Position numbers and translations under genes: made by a program. The notes under the pieces were generated by a model. It saw only the letters and a list, made by a program, of their open reading frames with translations, was not told the DNA's origin and searched no databases. A stretch of DNA of 64,000 nucleotides from Candidatus Kapaibacterium sp. (GTDB taxonomy: Bacteria > Bacteroidota > Ignavibacteria > Kapaibacteriales > UBA2268): NCBI GenBank assembly GCA_963664875.1, contig OY761611.1:1120001-1184000 (forward strand), given 5' to 3'. Of this stretch, positions 50,429 through 62,208 are shown piece after piece; within the stretch, counting starts at the first letter, position 1, and every line of letters begins with the position of its first letter.

Positions 50429-53400
50429 GTCCTCCGTTTGTATGTTTGTTTCTCAATTTTGCTAAATAAGTAACGTTAGGTCTCACGTTTAACATTTCAA
50501 GAACATGATATCCTAAATCGTGTTTTGCTAATTTTGAAATTGCTGAGTTCGGATCGTTTACATTTCCAAATACAATCGCATCGGCAGGGCAGGCTTCCTG
50601 GCAGGCAGTTGTAATACCAGCACCTGTAAACTTTTCGCCTTTTTCTGTTGCGATTTGGCGTGCTTCTGTTATACGTTGTACGCAGAATGTACATTTTTCC
50701 ATCACACCTCTTGCACGGACTGTAACTTCCGGATTGTTCATCAATTTCAAAGAATCAGAGTATTGATAGCCGTCTTCAAACATTTCTCTAAAATCAAAGA
50801 AGTTGAATCGGCGCACTTTGTATGGGCAGTTATTAGCACAATATCTCGTACCTACGCAGCGATTATAAACCATTTGGTTCAAACCGTCCGGGCTGTGAGT
50901 AGTTGCTACTACCGGGCATACATTTTCGCATGGTGCATTGTCGCAATGTTGACAAATCATAGGCTGAATACTTGCTTCCGGTTCATCAGGAGTACCGCTG
51001 AAGTATCTGTCGATACGTATCCAGTGCATTTCCCGACCTTTGGAAGTTTCTTCTTTACCAACGATAGGTACATTGTTTTCAACATTACAAGCAGCCACAC
51101 ATAAAGAACAACCCGTACACTTATTCAAGTCCATCGCCATAGCCCATTTTTCATTGGGATATTCGATGTCAGGTGTAATGCTTATTACTTCATGTTTATG
51201 TGCGTGAAGGAAATGCGGGTCTTCTTTATATTGTTTGACAGTGCCTTCCTGAATAATATCTCTGATTTTGTGAAAATCTTTTACAAAATCATCATCAAGA
51301 GCGTGGTGTTCCTGAGTAGCTACCAGCTTATGTTCGCCTTCTACTTTAGAAACTTTTGCACCTGTAAATATTCTTTCTGAGAGTCCGCTATTTTTAGACA
51401 TTAGTATATTTACATTTGTACCGACTTCAGAGCCTACGGTTCCACCTTTTTCGCGACCGTAACCTATTTCTGTATATACAAGGTCATCAGCTGTACCGGC
51501 TTGCACCCAGACAGGAAGTATTTGTTTTCTGCCATTAATATTTATTTCGATGATGTCATTATCTTTCAAATCCATTTTTTTTGCAGTTGAAGGAGAAACA
51601 GCAGCGTAGTTGTCCCATACCACTTTTGAAACCGGATGAGGAATTTCCTGAAGCCAACCGTTATTTGCAAGGCTACCGTCTCCAATCATACTATTAGCAA
51701 GGACAACAGTAAAACCGGATTTTGATACAGGTTTTAGTGCATTTAAAGCATTATAATTGAATTGGATTTGCGGATGTTCGCCTTCTCCCATTTGTGGATT
51801 AAACGTAACAAAACCATCGTGAAGAGCAGCATACCAGAACTTCTCAAAAGAGCCTATTTTAGCAATTTTTGGAAATTCTTCTGACTGCCAACGATTCATA
51901 ATATATTTGTGGTAGTTGTCATCTGAATACTTATCAGCACCTTCAATCCAGGTCAATAGCAAAGATTCTTTCTGCCTTGTGTCATGTATTGGAGATATAA
52001 CGGGCTGACGGAGAGAAATAACTCCAACTCTGCCACCGAAATCGCCCCAAGACTCAAAAGCATGATTTACCGGAAGCAAAAATCCTGCATGAGCAGATGT
52101 CTCATTTTCAATCTGAGTCATAGCAATTACTTCAGGCACTTTTTTGAGTGCTTCCTTGAAACCATAATCTGAAGGTAAATCAAATGAAGGATTTGCCTCA
52201 AATGAAATCAAAACTTCAACTTTACCTGAATTCATATCAGCAACTAAGTTTTCAAGTTCTTCTTTTGAAGAGTTTGACATTGTCTGAGTATAATGATTAT
52301 CAAGATATAAGTCTTTAGCTCCGAGTATTTCATTCAGCAGATTAACAGCTATGTGTGTTTCTTTTGAGTGAAGAGTACCGGCAGAAGCTACAGCTTTGCC
52401 ACTATGTTTTGCTAAATCATCAGCAAGAAGATGAATTGTTTCTTTGTTCAATCCATATTTGGAAATAACACTATCCAGTCTATAAGAAGAAATTGAAGAG
52501 ATGCTTCCTTTTGCCAAATGATTGGCAAGAGCGAGTATCAATTCTAAATGAGCTTCAGGTGTAAGTCTTACTCTGTAATCCGCATTTGCACCGGTAAGAC
52601 TGAAACCGCCTTCTACAGCATAGATTCTGTTGAAATTATCTAAATCTTCGTGGTTTCTTCTACTAGTGATTGCTTGAGTTTGTTCAACGGTATTACCGTC
52701 ATTTCCAAGCAAATCAGCTTCAAACGTTACAATAATATCTGCTTTTGAGTAATCAATACCCGGGAACTTTTCAGAACCATAGCAAACCTTCCATGCAGCA
52801 TCTCGGGCAGAATCATTGATTGTATCATAAGAATATACATTTGTAGTAGGATACTTAGCTTTAAAATCACTAAGAAGCTTCAAAAAAGTAGGCGAACTGC
52901 TGTTTTTAGTAAAAATAGCAATCTCTTTTCCGCTTGCTACTGCATTTTCAAGCTTTTCAATAACTTTTTTATCTATTACATCCCATTTAGTTTTCTTTTT
53001 GAAGAATCTGTCAAACTCCAAAGTACTTTCGTCGTACATCTGTGGGTATCGGATTCTATCCGGATCATATAAATCCATTAGAGAGGCTTGGCCATAAACA
53101 TCAATTTTCCCTTTATTTATAGGATGCTCAGGGTTACCATCGATTTTGACAGGTCTGCCTTCTCTTGTTTTGATTAAAATACCAAGTCCGTTATCAAGAG
53201 TAGAAGCATAGTAATTAGCCTTACCCATAGTAACTTCTTCAGGTTTTTTATTGTAATTGACAATAGCGCCTTTATCACGATAATCCGTACAAGCAGTAGC
53301 AGCAAAGGCAGCTGAAGCCCCCATAAGAGCGAGAAATCTTCTTCTGGATTTTTCGGGCATATCTTCCAACTTGAATTCGTCGGTAACACCCGGCTTAAAC

Positions 53401-53483
53401 TCATCACCCAGTTGATTTAATAGCTCTTTTGTGTCTTTAGGCTTATTACTAAACTTGTGTTTATTTTTTTCGTTATTCGACAT
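50415..53483 (-). CDS. actB: ACIII subunit B (molybdopterin-oxidoreductase-like fold plus Fe-S domain)
   Basis: Tat lipoprotein signal SRRRFL...ATAC; [10 protein letters not shown]; [39 protein letters not shown]...CQEAC. Confidence 0.93.
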   Translation of the reverse strand: MSNNEKNKHKFSNKPKDTKELLNQLGDEFKPGVTDEFKLEDMPEKSRRRFLALMGASAAFAATACTDYRDKGAIVNYNKKPEEVTMGKANYYASTLDNGLGILIKTREGRPVKIDGNPEHPINKGKIDVYGQASLMDLYDPDRIRYPQMYDESTLEFDRFFKKKTKWDVIDKKVIEKLENAVASGKEIAIFTKNSSSPTFLKLLSDFKAKYPTTNVYSYDTINDSARDAAWKVCYGSEKFPGIDYSKADIIVTFEADLLGNDGNTVEQTQAITSRRNHEDLDNFNRIYAVEGGFSLTGANADYRVRLTPEAHLELILALANHLAKGSISSISSYRLDSVISKYGLNKETIHLLADDLAKHSGKAVASAGTLHSKETHIAVNLLNEILGAKDLYLDNHYTQTMSNSSKEELENLVADMNSGKVEVLISFEANPSFDLPSDYGFKEALKKVPEVIAMTQIENETSAHAGFLLPVNHAFESWGDFGGRVGVISLRQPVISPIHDTRQKESLLLTWIEGADKYSDDNYHKYIMNRWQSEEFPKIAKIGSFEKFWYAALHDGFVTFNPQMGEGEHPQIQFNYNALNALKPVSKSGFTVVLANSMIGDGSLANNGWLQEIPHPVSKVVWDNYAAVSPSTAKKMDLKDNDIIEININGRKQILPVWVQAGTADDLVYTEIGYGREKGGTVGSEVGTNVNILMSKNSGLSERIFTGAKVSKVEGEHKLVATQEHHALDDDFVKDFHKIRDIIQEGTVKQYKEDPHFLHAHKHEVISITPDIEYPNEKWAMAMDLNKCTGCSLCVAACNVENNVPIVGKEETSKGREMHWIRIDRYFSGTPDEPEASIQPMICQHCDNAPCENVCPVVATTHSPDGLNQMVYNRCVGTRYCANNCPYKVRRFNFFDFREMFEDGYQYSDSLKLMNNPEVTVRARGVMEKCTFCVQRITEARQIATEKGEKFTGAGITTACQEACPADAIVFGNVNDPNSAISKLAKHDLGYHVLEMLNVRPNVTYLAKLRNKHTNGGHGEH

Positions 53484-53491
53484 TACAACCC

Positions 53492-53653
53492 CTATTTATT
53501 TCTTTTAACTGCATTTGGATGAATCCGGAGCTTAAGTCCGTCTGATTTAGACTTTTCCTGAGATTGAGCTTTGCTTAGAGGCAAAGCAGTTAAAAGCAAA
53601 GAACCGACAGCCGTTTTGCCTATTTTTTCTAAAAAATCTCTTCTCTTTTGCAT
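53492..53653 (-). CDS. 53-aa microprotein with twin-arginine motif
   Basis: MQKRRDFLEKIG..hydrophobic..AQS; AAGGAG SD about 6 nt before the ATG at 53653; fills the actA-actB gap. Confidence 0.65.
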   Translation of the reverse strand: MQKRRDFLEKIGKTAVGSLLLTALPLSKAQSQEKSKSDGLKLRIHPNAVKRNK

Positions 53654-53663
53654 TTTCATCTCC

Positions 53664-54248
53664 TTATCTATGGCATGCAGCACAGTGAGTAGGACCTTTT
53701 TTAACTTCGCCTTTCAAGTAAGGCATTCTTTTCTCAGGTTCTGTATGGCATTGCAAACAGTCAGACATAGTAAAAGGTTCGACCTGTTTAACTTTGTCCA
53801 TTTTTTCGACATCGCCATGGCAAGACTGACACTGAATACCTTTATTCACATGCACACTATGGTTGAAGTAAGCATATTCCGGAACCTGATGTATTCGTTT
53901 CCATGGAATTGGTTTACCTTCATCGTAGTACTGCTTGAGTTTAATGATTTCAGGCTTGTCAGTTTTAACCACAGTATGGCAATTCATACAGATATTTGCA
54001 GCAGGAATGCTTGCGTGGCGAGTCTGATCGACGCTGGTATGGCAGTATTTGCAATCTATACCCATATCACCTGCATGCAGTTTGTGAGAAAAAGCAATCG
54101 GTTGATCAGGCTGGTAACCTACCCCATCGCGCTCTGAGCGAGAGACGTAGTACGTCAATGCAAAGGATACAATTACTACAAACAGAGTAATCGGAACCCT
54201 TATCTTGAGAATGTAATCAAGTACCGTCTTTTTCATAAACACCGACAT
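53664..54248 (-). CDS. actA: ACIII pentaheme cytochrome c subunit A
   Basis: One TM, QPIAFSHKLH, five CxxCH motifs (CKYCH, CMNCH, CQSCH, CLQCH, CAACH). Confidence 0.93.
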   Translation of the reverse strand: MSVFMKKTVLDYILKIRVPITLFVVIVSFALTYYVSRSERDGVGYQPDQPIAFSHKLHAGDMGIDCKYCHTSVDQTRHASIPAANICMNCHTVVKTDKPEIIKLKQYYDEGKPIPWKRIHQVPEYAYFNHSVHVNKGIQCQSCHGDVEKMDKVKQVEPFTMSDCLQCHTEPEKRMPYLKGEVKKGPTHCAACHR

Positions 54249-54592
54249 TTAGTTTAAAAATTATATTTAATAATCTATATAAGCTTAGTAATGGTAAATA
54301 CAATTTAAGGTTTCTTGTCTGTGAAACTTCTTAGACTATTATCCGTATTAGAGTTATCACCTTTGAAAAGAAATATTTATTTAGTCAATTTGATTTTATA
54401 GCACCTAAATCTTGACTATATTATAATTATATTGAGGCATACATCTCTTCAATTCGAGAAATAACGCATAAATTTAGATTAAATTGTCATTTATTCCTGC
54501 TTTTTTTTACACATAATAGTGAATCAGCAAGGCTCTGAGTAGCTTTGCAAAGTAGAAATATGTTATATTTTATTGATATTAAATGATTTATA

Positions 54593-55315
54593 TCAATGGC
54601 AGCATTCATTTTTTTCTATTACTGGCATATTTGAAAGTTTAGGACTAACATAAGGTATCCCAAGAGCCAAGCCTCTGAGAATCATCAACACAGCAACTAT
54701 AGCTATACCATAAGGAATGGCTTTATTGATGATGTGTCTGACTTTTATTGAGAAAAGATTTTTGGTAAAATAAATCGCTGCCATCATTGGGATTGTTCCC
54801 AAACCAAACATTGCCATATAAAGAGCTCCACCAAGAGCACTTTCTGTAACACTACCCTCAACAAGGGAGCCTCCTAATGCTATATATACTAACCCACAGG
54901 GCAAAAAACCATTCAGAATACCGAGTATAAAAAGAGATGACTTTGTAGGTGTCTGCAAAAATTTTCCGAAGAGTTTTTTAAGTTTTTCGACACCCTTGTA
55001 AGTACTTAGATTTGCTTTTGAAAAATTATAATATTTACGAGGAACTACTACGTATAATAGCATCAGCACACCAACAACTATAGATAAGACTTCCTGATAG
55101 CCTGCCATATTTATAGAAGCACCAAGCATTCCTACGATAGCACCCATAAAAGCATAAGTCAAACTACGCCCTACATTGTAGATTATACTGTCGAGAGCAA
55201 TAGTTAGTTTGTTATCAGAAGTGTGAGGAAGTGCAAGTGCAATAGGTCCACACATACCAACGCAGTGGAAGCTGCCACCAAGACCAAGTAAAAAAGCCTG
55301 TATCATAATCATCAA
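54593..55315 (-). CDS. DsbD_2 / TauE-SafE-like membrane protein
   Basis: HCVGMCGP, YNVGR, NGFLPCGLVY, FGLGTIP, C-terminal CCH. Confidence 0.85.
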   Translation of the reverse strand: MMIMIQAFLLGLGGSFHCVGMCGPIALALPHTSDNKLTIALDSIIYNVGRSLTYAFMGAIVGMLGASINMAGYQEVLSIVVGVLMLLYVVVPRKYYNFSKANLSTYKGVEKLKKLFGKFLQTPTKSSLFILGILNGFLPCGLVYIALGGSLVEGSVTESALGGALYMAMFGLGTIPMMAAIYFTKNLFSIKVRHIINKAIPYGIAIVAVLMILRGLALGIPYVSPKLSNMPVIEKNECCH

Positions 55316-55457
55316 CCTAAATAATGAAATTTACTTACAGAAAGGACTATTTTTTTATAACATTATTTTATTATTTAGTTGATTATTTGATTCATTTTAA
55401 GTATTATAGTAGTTAGTACTGTTTCTATTGTCAAATATTATTATCATAGAGGTTCTT

Positions 55458-58400
55458 ATGAAATTTATCTACATAATGTTTGCTTTAATGTTATTTTACT
55501 CTTTTGCTCAGTCCGAGCATTTATTTATAGAGAGTAACAAAAGCGGCAATTACAACTACTTCTCTAAAATCGGTAATACAGAAATTAGAGTTGGCAAGAC
55601 ATTAGAGCTACTCACTTACGAAGGCTCAGCAATAACAAACCACCTAATCTACAAACCAATTGATGGTGGAGATATTTCTTTTGTACATGAGGGTACAGAA
55701 TCTGATTTTCATTATTATCAGAGCTCTAATATCAGAGACTCACGAAAAGCATCTGAAAAGTTACTTGTGAAAAACTTTTTTAGAGGTGCTGATTTGAGAC
55801 TTCAAATTACCGGCGAACAGTTTAGGTATGACATAATAGTAAATCCGAATACTGACCTCTCTAATATAAAGTTTGAAATCAGTGGCTCTGATGCCTTAGA
55901 GGTAAAAAACGGTTTGCTAAATATCAATACAAAAAATGGGATCATTACCAATCATAACATCATTGCTTTTCAAGACCTTAACAACACTACTTTAGATATT
56001 TCATGCCAATATAAATTAGATGGGAACATTCTTAGTTTTGAAGCTCAACAGTATAATAAGGGCACAGAGCTTATTATAGATCCAACTATCTTTTTCTCAA
56101 TGTTTGGTGGGTCACAAGACGACAAAATAGTAAAAACAATAATCAACGGAGACGAGTTGATTGTTCTGGGTACTACACAATCAGGCGATTATTCCTCTCA
56201 TGATTATAATATCCCTGATGGAGAAGATATCTTAGAGCAAGATATTTTTATCTCGAGATATAGCATTAAGTATTCAGACAGAAAGCACTTATCAACAACA
56301 TTTTTGGGTGGAACTAATTTTGATGAGATTACCGATGCAGCTATAAGTCGAGACGGCAGCAAGCTGTACATCGTTGGAAATACTAATAGTAACGATTTCC
56401 CCTACTTAGGCACTCAACATGCTTCAGTTCGCGGCAATCTTGATGGTTTTTTTGCAAAGTTTGATATAGAAACTATGGCTATGGAGTTTTCTTCTATTTA
56501 CGGTGGATCTGCTAAAGATTCTCTAACCGGCATAGCTGTCAACCAACAAGGCGATTTTTATATTATTGGAACTACAAATTCTACGAATATTTCGCTCAAA
56601 TCTGCAGCTCAAACATTTGTGGCAGGCGGAACGGATATGTGTTTTGCAAAATTTTGGAGTGACGGTGTAAATCCTTATTTTTCAACATATATTGGCGGCA
56701 ACGAAGACGATAGAGCAAATGCTATAGCACTTAGTGACGATAGCTACCATATCTACATAGCAGGCTCAACAAGATCTGCCAATTTTGAGATTATACCGAA
56801 ATGGGATTACTACGGTAAGATTTTCGATAGGAAACACAATGGCGGACAAGACGGCCTATTGCTTGTTTACAAAGATGGCCAACCAAAATTCTCATACTCT
56901 TGCTTCTTTGGTGGTGACGGAGATGATGAAATTATGGATATTGCTTACTACAATGACAAATTGTATTTTGTTGGTAACACAAAAAGCGAACTTACAGGCA
57001 TTTTGCCGAAGTCTGACGACACGGTTTTCCCTATTAGCCCTACCAGCTTCCAAACTACAAATAAAGGCAATACAGACGGTTTTATTGCCGTTTGCGAACA
57101 CCTTCTGAACGTACTGACCTATTCAAGTTTCATTGGCGGTAGCAAATACGATGCGATTACTAATATTTATGTTTCTACTGTTACCGATGGCAATCCGAAT
57201 ATTATCGGGGTTACAGAATCTAATGATTTCCCTATTCAATCAGGTGGCTCTTCGAGCTATCATGCCAATAAAGATGTTGTAGTATCCGGTTTTACTACAG
57301 GCTTTGGTGGACTTAGCTATACTAGATTTGTCGGAACTTCTAAAAATGACTATCCGTCAGACATTGTATTCGATAATATAAATACTTATATTCTAAGTGG
57401 TTATTCCCAATCAGATGATTTCCACTTAGATAAAGAAGCTTCAAATCAACACCATGGTGGCTACGACGGTTTTATACACAAGTTTACAACTGAGTCATTA
57501 CTGCTTGAAACTCCGGGAGATAATGACTCTTACTGTTCGCAAAACTCCATAACCATTAAGTGGAACTCGCAAGATATAATCCAGAAAAGCTACAAATTAG
57601 AATATACAGATAACAATACTGATTACAAGGACTTAACAGATATACTTGATAAAAATTCTTTTGTTTGGTCGCTCGATTCGGCAGAAGTATTCCAAAGTGA
57701 TTTATATAAGATTAGAGTTTCTTCTCTTTCAGGCTTAGTTTCTGAAAACATAGGAAACTTCAGCATTATTGATTCACCGGGCAATGGAATATTGAGCACA
57801 GAATCAGATTTAGAAGATCTTTGCATTGGCGATACTGTAAAAATATTCTGCAACGCTCCGTACAAAAACCTTACTTATTTATGGTTTGTTAACAACAAAC
57901 AGCTTGTCAATAACAATGATACACTTGTATATCCAATTACAGCTTCTATCAATCTTGAAATTTATTGCAAACTCTCTAATGGTTGTTCTCCTGACACAAA
58001 GACTAATTCTCTAAAAGTTACAGTTGCTAAGCCATCAGCGATTAACTCGCAAATTGCAGACACAACTATAATCGAAAATAGGACTCTCCTTTTAGAAGCA
58101 GATGTAAACGAAGCAACTGAAAGAGTTGATTGGTATAAAGATGACGAGCTTATAGCCGGCAGCTCTAACTCACTTAATTTTGAATCAATTAGATTGCAAG
58201 ATTCAGGCAGTTATCACTTCAAAGCATTTGGGAAATGCAATGAGTTAACTTCTGAGAAGTTCTATATCGATGTCGATCCGGATGTTTCTGTATCTGAAGA
58301 AAATCTATACAAATTGTTTTCGAAATTCGAAATATCGGACAATGGTACGGAAAAGCCTTATTTGAATATTCAAAGTAACAACTTAGTGTTTGACTGTGTT

Positions 58401-58559
58401 TTGTTCGACAACATCGGTAATAGATTGGAATATTTGACAGTTAACAGCCACAAACTATCTTATAGTTTTAACACCAAAGACTATCCGGCAGGTATTTACT
58501 GGATAACTGTTTATATAGACAATGCTTCTTACAGCAGAAAAATTGTGCTTGTCAAATAG
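55458..58559 (+). CDS. SBBP-repeat beta-propeller protein with Ig-like domains and T9SS CTD
   Basis: ELIIDP, repeated STxxGGxxxD...YIxGxTxSxxF units, WYKD/DSGSY Ig motifs, C-terminus YPAGIYW...RKIVLVK. Confidence 0.8.
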   Translation: MKFIYIMFALMLFYSFAQSEHLFIESNKSGNYNYFSKIGNTEIRVGKTLELLTYEGSAITNHLIYKPIDGGDISFVHEGTESDFHYYQSSNIRDSRKASEKLLVKNFFRGADLRLQITGEQFRYDIIVNPNTDLSNIKFEISGSDALEVKNGLLNINTKNGIITNHNIIAFQDLNNTTLDISCQYKLDGNILSFEAQQYNKGTELIIDPTIFFSMFGGSQDDKIVKTIINGDELIVLGTTQSGDYSSHDYNIPDGEDILEQDIFISRYSIKYSDRKHLSTTFLGGTNFDEITDAAISRDGSKLYIVGNTNSNDFPYLGTQHASVRGNLDGFFAKFDIETMAMEFSSIYGGSAKDSLTGIAVNQQGDFYIIGTTNSTNISLKSAAQTFVAGGTDMCFAKFWSDGVNPYFSTYIGGNEDDRANAIALSDDSYHIYIAGSTRSANFEIIPKWDYYGKIFDRKHNGGQDGLLLVYKDGQPKFSYSCFFGGDGDDEIMDIAYYNDKLYFVGNTKSELTGILPKSDDTVFPISPTSFQTTNKGNTDGFIAVCEHLLNVLTYSSFIGGSKYDAITNIYVSTVTDGNPNIIGVTESNDFPIQSGGSSSYHANKDVVVSGFTTGFGGLSYTRFVGTSKNDYPSDIVFDNINTYILSGYSQSDDFHLDKEASNQHHGGYDGFIHKFTTESLLLETPGDNDSYCSQNSITIKWNSQDIIQKSYKLEYTDNNTDYKDLTDILDKNSFVWSLDSAEVFQSDLYKIRVSSLSGLVSENIGNFSIIDSPGNGILSTESDLEDLCIGDTVKIFCNAPYKNLTYLWFVNNKQLVNNNDTLVYPITASINLEIYCKLSNGCSPDTKTNSLKVTVAKPSAINSQIADTTIIENRTLLLEADVNEATERVDWYKDDELIAGSSNSLNFESIRLQDSGSYHFKAFGKCNELTSEKFYIDVDPDVSVSEENLYKLFSKFEISDNGTEKPYLNIQSNNLVFDCVLFDNIGNRLEYLTVNSHKLSYSFNTKDYPAGIYWITVYIDNASYSRKIVLVK

Positions 58560-58583
58560 CAATTACAAAGAGAAAAACAAACT

Positions 58584-58617
58584 AAAAAAGGGTTGCAAAT
58601 CAATGCAGCCCTTTTTT
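58584..58617. terminator. Bidirectional terminator
   Basis: aaaaagggttgca...tgcagcccttttt. Confidence 0.75.
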
Positions 58618-58641
58618 ATATATGCAATATATTTCAATTAC

Positions 58642-59217
58642 TTATAAATGATTTGCAACATTTTCCCAGTTTACAATATCCCAGAATTTTTCGATAAATT
58701 TTGGTCTTGCATTTCTATAGTCGATGTAGTAAGCGTGTTCCCAAACATCTATAGTAAGTAAAGGAGTAATACCTTCTTTTACAGGAGTACCTGCATTGCT
58801 GTATTGTTTGATTTCTAAAGTACCATCAGCATTTTTTACTAACCAAGCCCAGCCGGATCCGAACAAAGTAGCAGCAGAAGCTGAGAATTTTTCTTTGAAT
58901 GCATCGAATGAGCCAAAGTCTCTGTTGATTGCATCTAAAACATCACCGGTTGGAGCCCCTCCTCCGTTTGGAGACAAAGAGTGCCAGAAAAATGTATGGT
59001 TGAAAGTTTGAGCAGCATTATTAAATATGCCACCTTCAGATTTTTTGATAATATCTACGAGAGACATATCAGCGAAATCTGTACCATCTATCAGATTATT
59101 TAGATTATTCACATAAGCTGCATGGTGTTTGCCATGATGGTAGTCAAAAGTTTCTTCGGAAATGATAGGAACCAAAGCGTCTTTTGCAAATGGTAATTCT
59201 GGAAGTTGGAAAGCCAT
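58642..59217 (-). CDS. sodB: Superoxide dismutase, Fe-type
   Basis: HHGKHH, FNNAAQ (Fe-type signature), FGSGWAW, DVWEHAYY. Confidence 0.93.
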   Translation of the reverse strand: MAFQLPELPFAKDALVPIISEETFDYHHGKHHAAYVNNLNNLIDGTDFADMSLVDIIKKSEGGIFNNAAQTFNHTFFWHSLSPNGGGAPTGDVLDAINRDFGSFDAFKEKFSASAATLFGSGWAWLVKNADGTLEIKQYSNAGTPVKEGITPLLTIDVWEHAYYIDYRNARPKFIEKFWDIVNWENVANHL

Positions 59218-59491
59218 AGTATTTCTCCTTATTGAGATTACAAATATTTTATTTTAAGGTACTAATTTTTGTTTGTATTTACGCTTATATTTACGATAAT
59301 ACCAATATTTTATTTGATACTTATAATATCTACACCAATATTCATATTTTATCAGTTTGAATATGAATAGTTTGGTACGATAAGACAGTAACGAAAAGGA
59401 ACTTGTCGATATTGTTTTATTTTTTTCCAGAGTAAACCTAAGCTACTTTGAAGACGTCTAAGTACAAAAAATTTAATTGAAGGGCAGATAA

Positions 59492-61306
59492 ATGCACGGA
59501 CAACTGATTTTATGTCTCTTAATGATAATAAGCTCCGCACTATATGCTGAGAAGCTTCCTGATAACTTCCAAATAAATCAGAACAAAAGTATTTTAAGTA
59601 TTCAAGCAAAAAATAAAGCAGGTTTGTACAATACTGCAAAAATCGACACTATCTATCTTGATTTCTACGATGATAATTTCGAAGAGACTTTGACTAAAAA
59701 TTACCAATCCAAGGCACGGTTACTTGCAAGAATGAAATATCATTCTTTAAGTTATGACTCTGTAGGTGTCAGATTCCGTGGTCAGACTTCTTACATGATG
59801 GCTCAAAACACTAAGAAAAAGTCTTTTGATATTGATCTTAATTTTACAAAAAAAGAGCAGCAAATCTTTGGTTATAAGAATATCAATTTGATAAACAGCA
59901 TAGAGGATCCGTCTTTCAGCAGGGACTATCTTTATAGTCAGCTTGCAGGTAGTTATATTCCAACTGCAAAAGTAAACTATATCTGGTTGGTGGTAAACGG
60001 AGAGAGCAGAGGCCTGTATTTGAATATTCAGCAATTAGACAAAAGATTTCTTAAAGATTGGTTTTTTTCAGACTCCGGAACCCGCTGGAGGGCAGAAGCA
60101 CCGGACACGTCAGCTAATTCGACTCTAAAACCACCGCCGGGAGCTATGCATCCTATAATGGGTATGCCACCAAACGGCATGCCTCCTCACCCACCTCATG
60201 GAATGCCACCCAATGGAATGCCTCCTCAATTCCCGCAAGGCAAACCACCGAGAGGTTTTCCTGAGACTCGAAACCAAAGCGATAATAGTGATAATAATAT
60301 CAGTGATAGTCTCCCACATTTTATGCCACCTCATGGAGATGACGGAAGACAATTTGGAGCAGGTAAGAGCAGCTTAAACTATCTTGGCGATAGTGTTTTA
60401 CCTTACACTGCCTATTATACATTGAAATCATCTGATAAGAAAGCAAACTGGAATGCACTTGTGAATGTATGTAAATTACTCGAAAACTGCCCTGATGAAT
60501 TGCTGTTTGATTCGCTTAGTAGATATTTTGATTTGGACAGAGCCATCTGGCAGATAGCTACCGAAATTGCATTCGCCGATGATGACGGGTATGTTTATAA
60601 AGGCGGAATGGATTACTACCTCTACCACGAACCTGAAACGAATAGGCTTACAATGCTCGATTATGATAATAATTCGACTTTTCTGACTCACAAGATTGCT
60701 GAAAATATTTTCAAGAGAGAAAAGGATAGTGCATGGGCTTTAAACTATAGGGTCTTCAATTCATTAGAGATGCGACAGAGATATATCGCTCACTTACGAA
60801 CCATAGCAAACAAATCCATGAATTATGTCGAAGTTCAAGAAAAATTAGACAGCCTCGAATTACTAATAAGACCTTATCTTGAAAAAGATGATTGTAAAGT
60901 TTCTACTATGGCTGCCTATGAAGAAAGCAAAGAGGAAATCGTAACATTTATCAGAAACAGGAAAGAATATATCTTTGCAGACAAAGAATTGCAGGCAGAA
61001 GCTCCTGTTATTGTTCTGCAGCAAGATGATTCACAAAGCTCTCAAATAAAAGCAACTATTACTCACAGCAAAGAGATTAAGAAGGTATTCCTTTACTTTT
61101 CCTCAGGATATAGCGGCAGATTTGAAAGAATTGAGATGGAGAGAAATGGGAATGATGAAGCCTTATACTCTGCTGAACTCCCTATAGGCAATGAAGACAA
61201 AGTAGTTAGGTACTACATAGAAGCAATAGCCTCAAATCAATACAAAACTGCATCTTATCTGCCGGAAGGTGCTGAGCATGAGGTATTTTTGAATTATGCA
61301 AAATAG
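59492..61306 (+). CDS. CotH kinase family secreted protein
   Basis: VGVRFRGQTS, KKSF, VNGExxGLYxNIQQ, YYLY, DYDNN; signal peptide. Confidence 0.8.
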   Translation: MHGQLILCLLMIISSALYAEKLPDNFQINQNKSILSIQAKNKAGLYNTAKIDTIYLDFYDDNFEETLTKNYQSKARLLARMKYHSLSYDSVGVRFRGQTSYMMAQNTKKKSFDIDLNFTKKEQQIFGYKNINLINSIEDPSFSRDYLYSQLAGSYIPTAKVNYIWLVVNGESRGLYLNIQQLDKRFLKDWFFSDSGTRWRAEAPDTSANSTLKPPPGAMHPIMGMPPNGMPPHPPHGMPPNGMPPQFPQGKPPRGFPETRNQSDNSDNNISDSLPHFMPPHGDDGRQFGAGKSSLNYLGDSVLPYTAYYTLKSSDKKANWNALVNVCKLLENCPDELLFDSLSRYFDLDRAIWQIATEIAFADDDGYVYKGGMDYYLYHEPETNRLTMLDYDNNSTFLTHKIAENIFKREKDSAWALNYRVFNSLEMRQRYIAHLRTIANKSMNYVEVQEKLDSLELLIRPYLEKDDCKVSTMAAYEESKEEIVTFIRNRKEYIFADKELQAEAPVIVLQQDDSQSSQIKATITHSKEIKKVFLYFSSGYSGRFERIEMERNGNDEALYSAELPIGNEDKVVRYYIEAIASNQYKTASYLPEGAEHEVFLNYAK

Positions 61307-61380
61307 CTTAGATAAGTATTCGCATAAGTATCACATTTTTTATTATTTTTGCAATGTAAGTGCTTTGAATAGGAATAAAT

Positions 61381-62208
61381 ATGTATAATAATAATCCGAT
61401 TGGTGTTTTTGATTCCGGAGTAGGCGGTCTAAGTGTTTTGAAGCAATTAGTACGCTTTTTGCCTTATGAAAGCTACGTTTACCTTGGCGATACTGCGAGA
61501 GTTCCCTACGGCAACAAATCAGATGACACTGTCAAGCAATATTCTAAAGAATGTGCAGAATTTTTGATTTCAAAAAATGTAAAACTGATAGTCGTTGCCT
61601 GTAATACTGCTTCCTCAATTGCGCTGGAAACTGTGCGGGAAGTTGCAGGTGACATTCCGGTCATAGGAATGATAGAACCTGCTGCAGGTGCGGCATTGAG
61701 AGCAAGCAAATCCGGGAAAATCGGAGTAATTGGTACAAGAGCAACTATCAACAGCAAGGCGTACACCGGCAAGATAATGGAATTGGCGGGCAATAACAAA
61801 ATTACGGTCATGTCCCAACCCTGCCCATTATTTGTTCCTATTGTAGAAGAAGGATTGGTCGATCATCCGGCAAGCCGAATTATTGCAGAAGAGTACCTCG
61901 CAGAACTCAAAAGCAGAGGAATTGACACATTGGTTCTTGGCTGCACCCACTACCCACTTCTCTCGAGAATGATTGGTGAAATACTGAACGGAATTCCACT
62001 AATAGACTCAGGCGAACATGCGGCTGTTACGGCACTTAGGCTTTTGGCAGAAAGAAAAATGCTTGTGGAGGAACGAGAAGAATTTGTAATGAAACCAAGC
62101 ATTGATTTTTATGTAACTGATGTTCCTACTTTGTTTTTCGAACAAGCTCAGTTGTTTCTCGGATTTAATGTTGATTCGCCCAGAAAGATACAATTAGGTA
62201 TATGTTAG
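61381..62208 (+). CDS. murI: Glutamate racemase
   Basis: FDSGVGG, DTARVPYG, VACNTAS, LGCTHYP. Confidence 0.97.
   Translation: MYNNNPIGVFDSGVGGLSVLKQLVRFLPYESYVYLGDTARVPYGNKSDDTVKQYSKECAEFLISKNVKLIVVACNTASSIALETVREVAGDIPVIGMIEPAAGAALRASKSGKIGVIGTRATINSKAYTGKIMELAGNNKITVMSQPCPLFVPIVEEGLVDHPASRIIAEEYLAELKSRGIDTLVLGCTHYPLLSRMIGEILNGIPLIDSGEHAAVTALRLLAERKMLVEEREEFVMKPSIDFYVTDVPTLFFEQAQLFLGFNVDSPRKIQLGIC

Noticed and set aside
54583-54596. FNR-like box TTGAT-N4-ATCAT upstream of actA
   Set aside because: One mismatch, AT-rich background, overlaps a stop codon and lies ~335 bp from actA; not supportable alone
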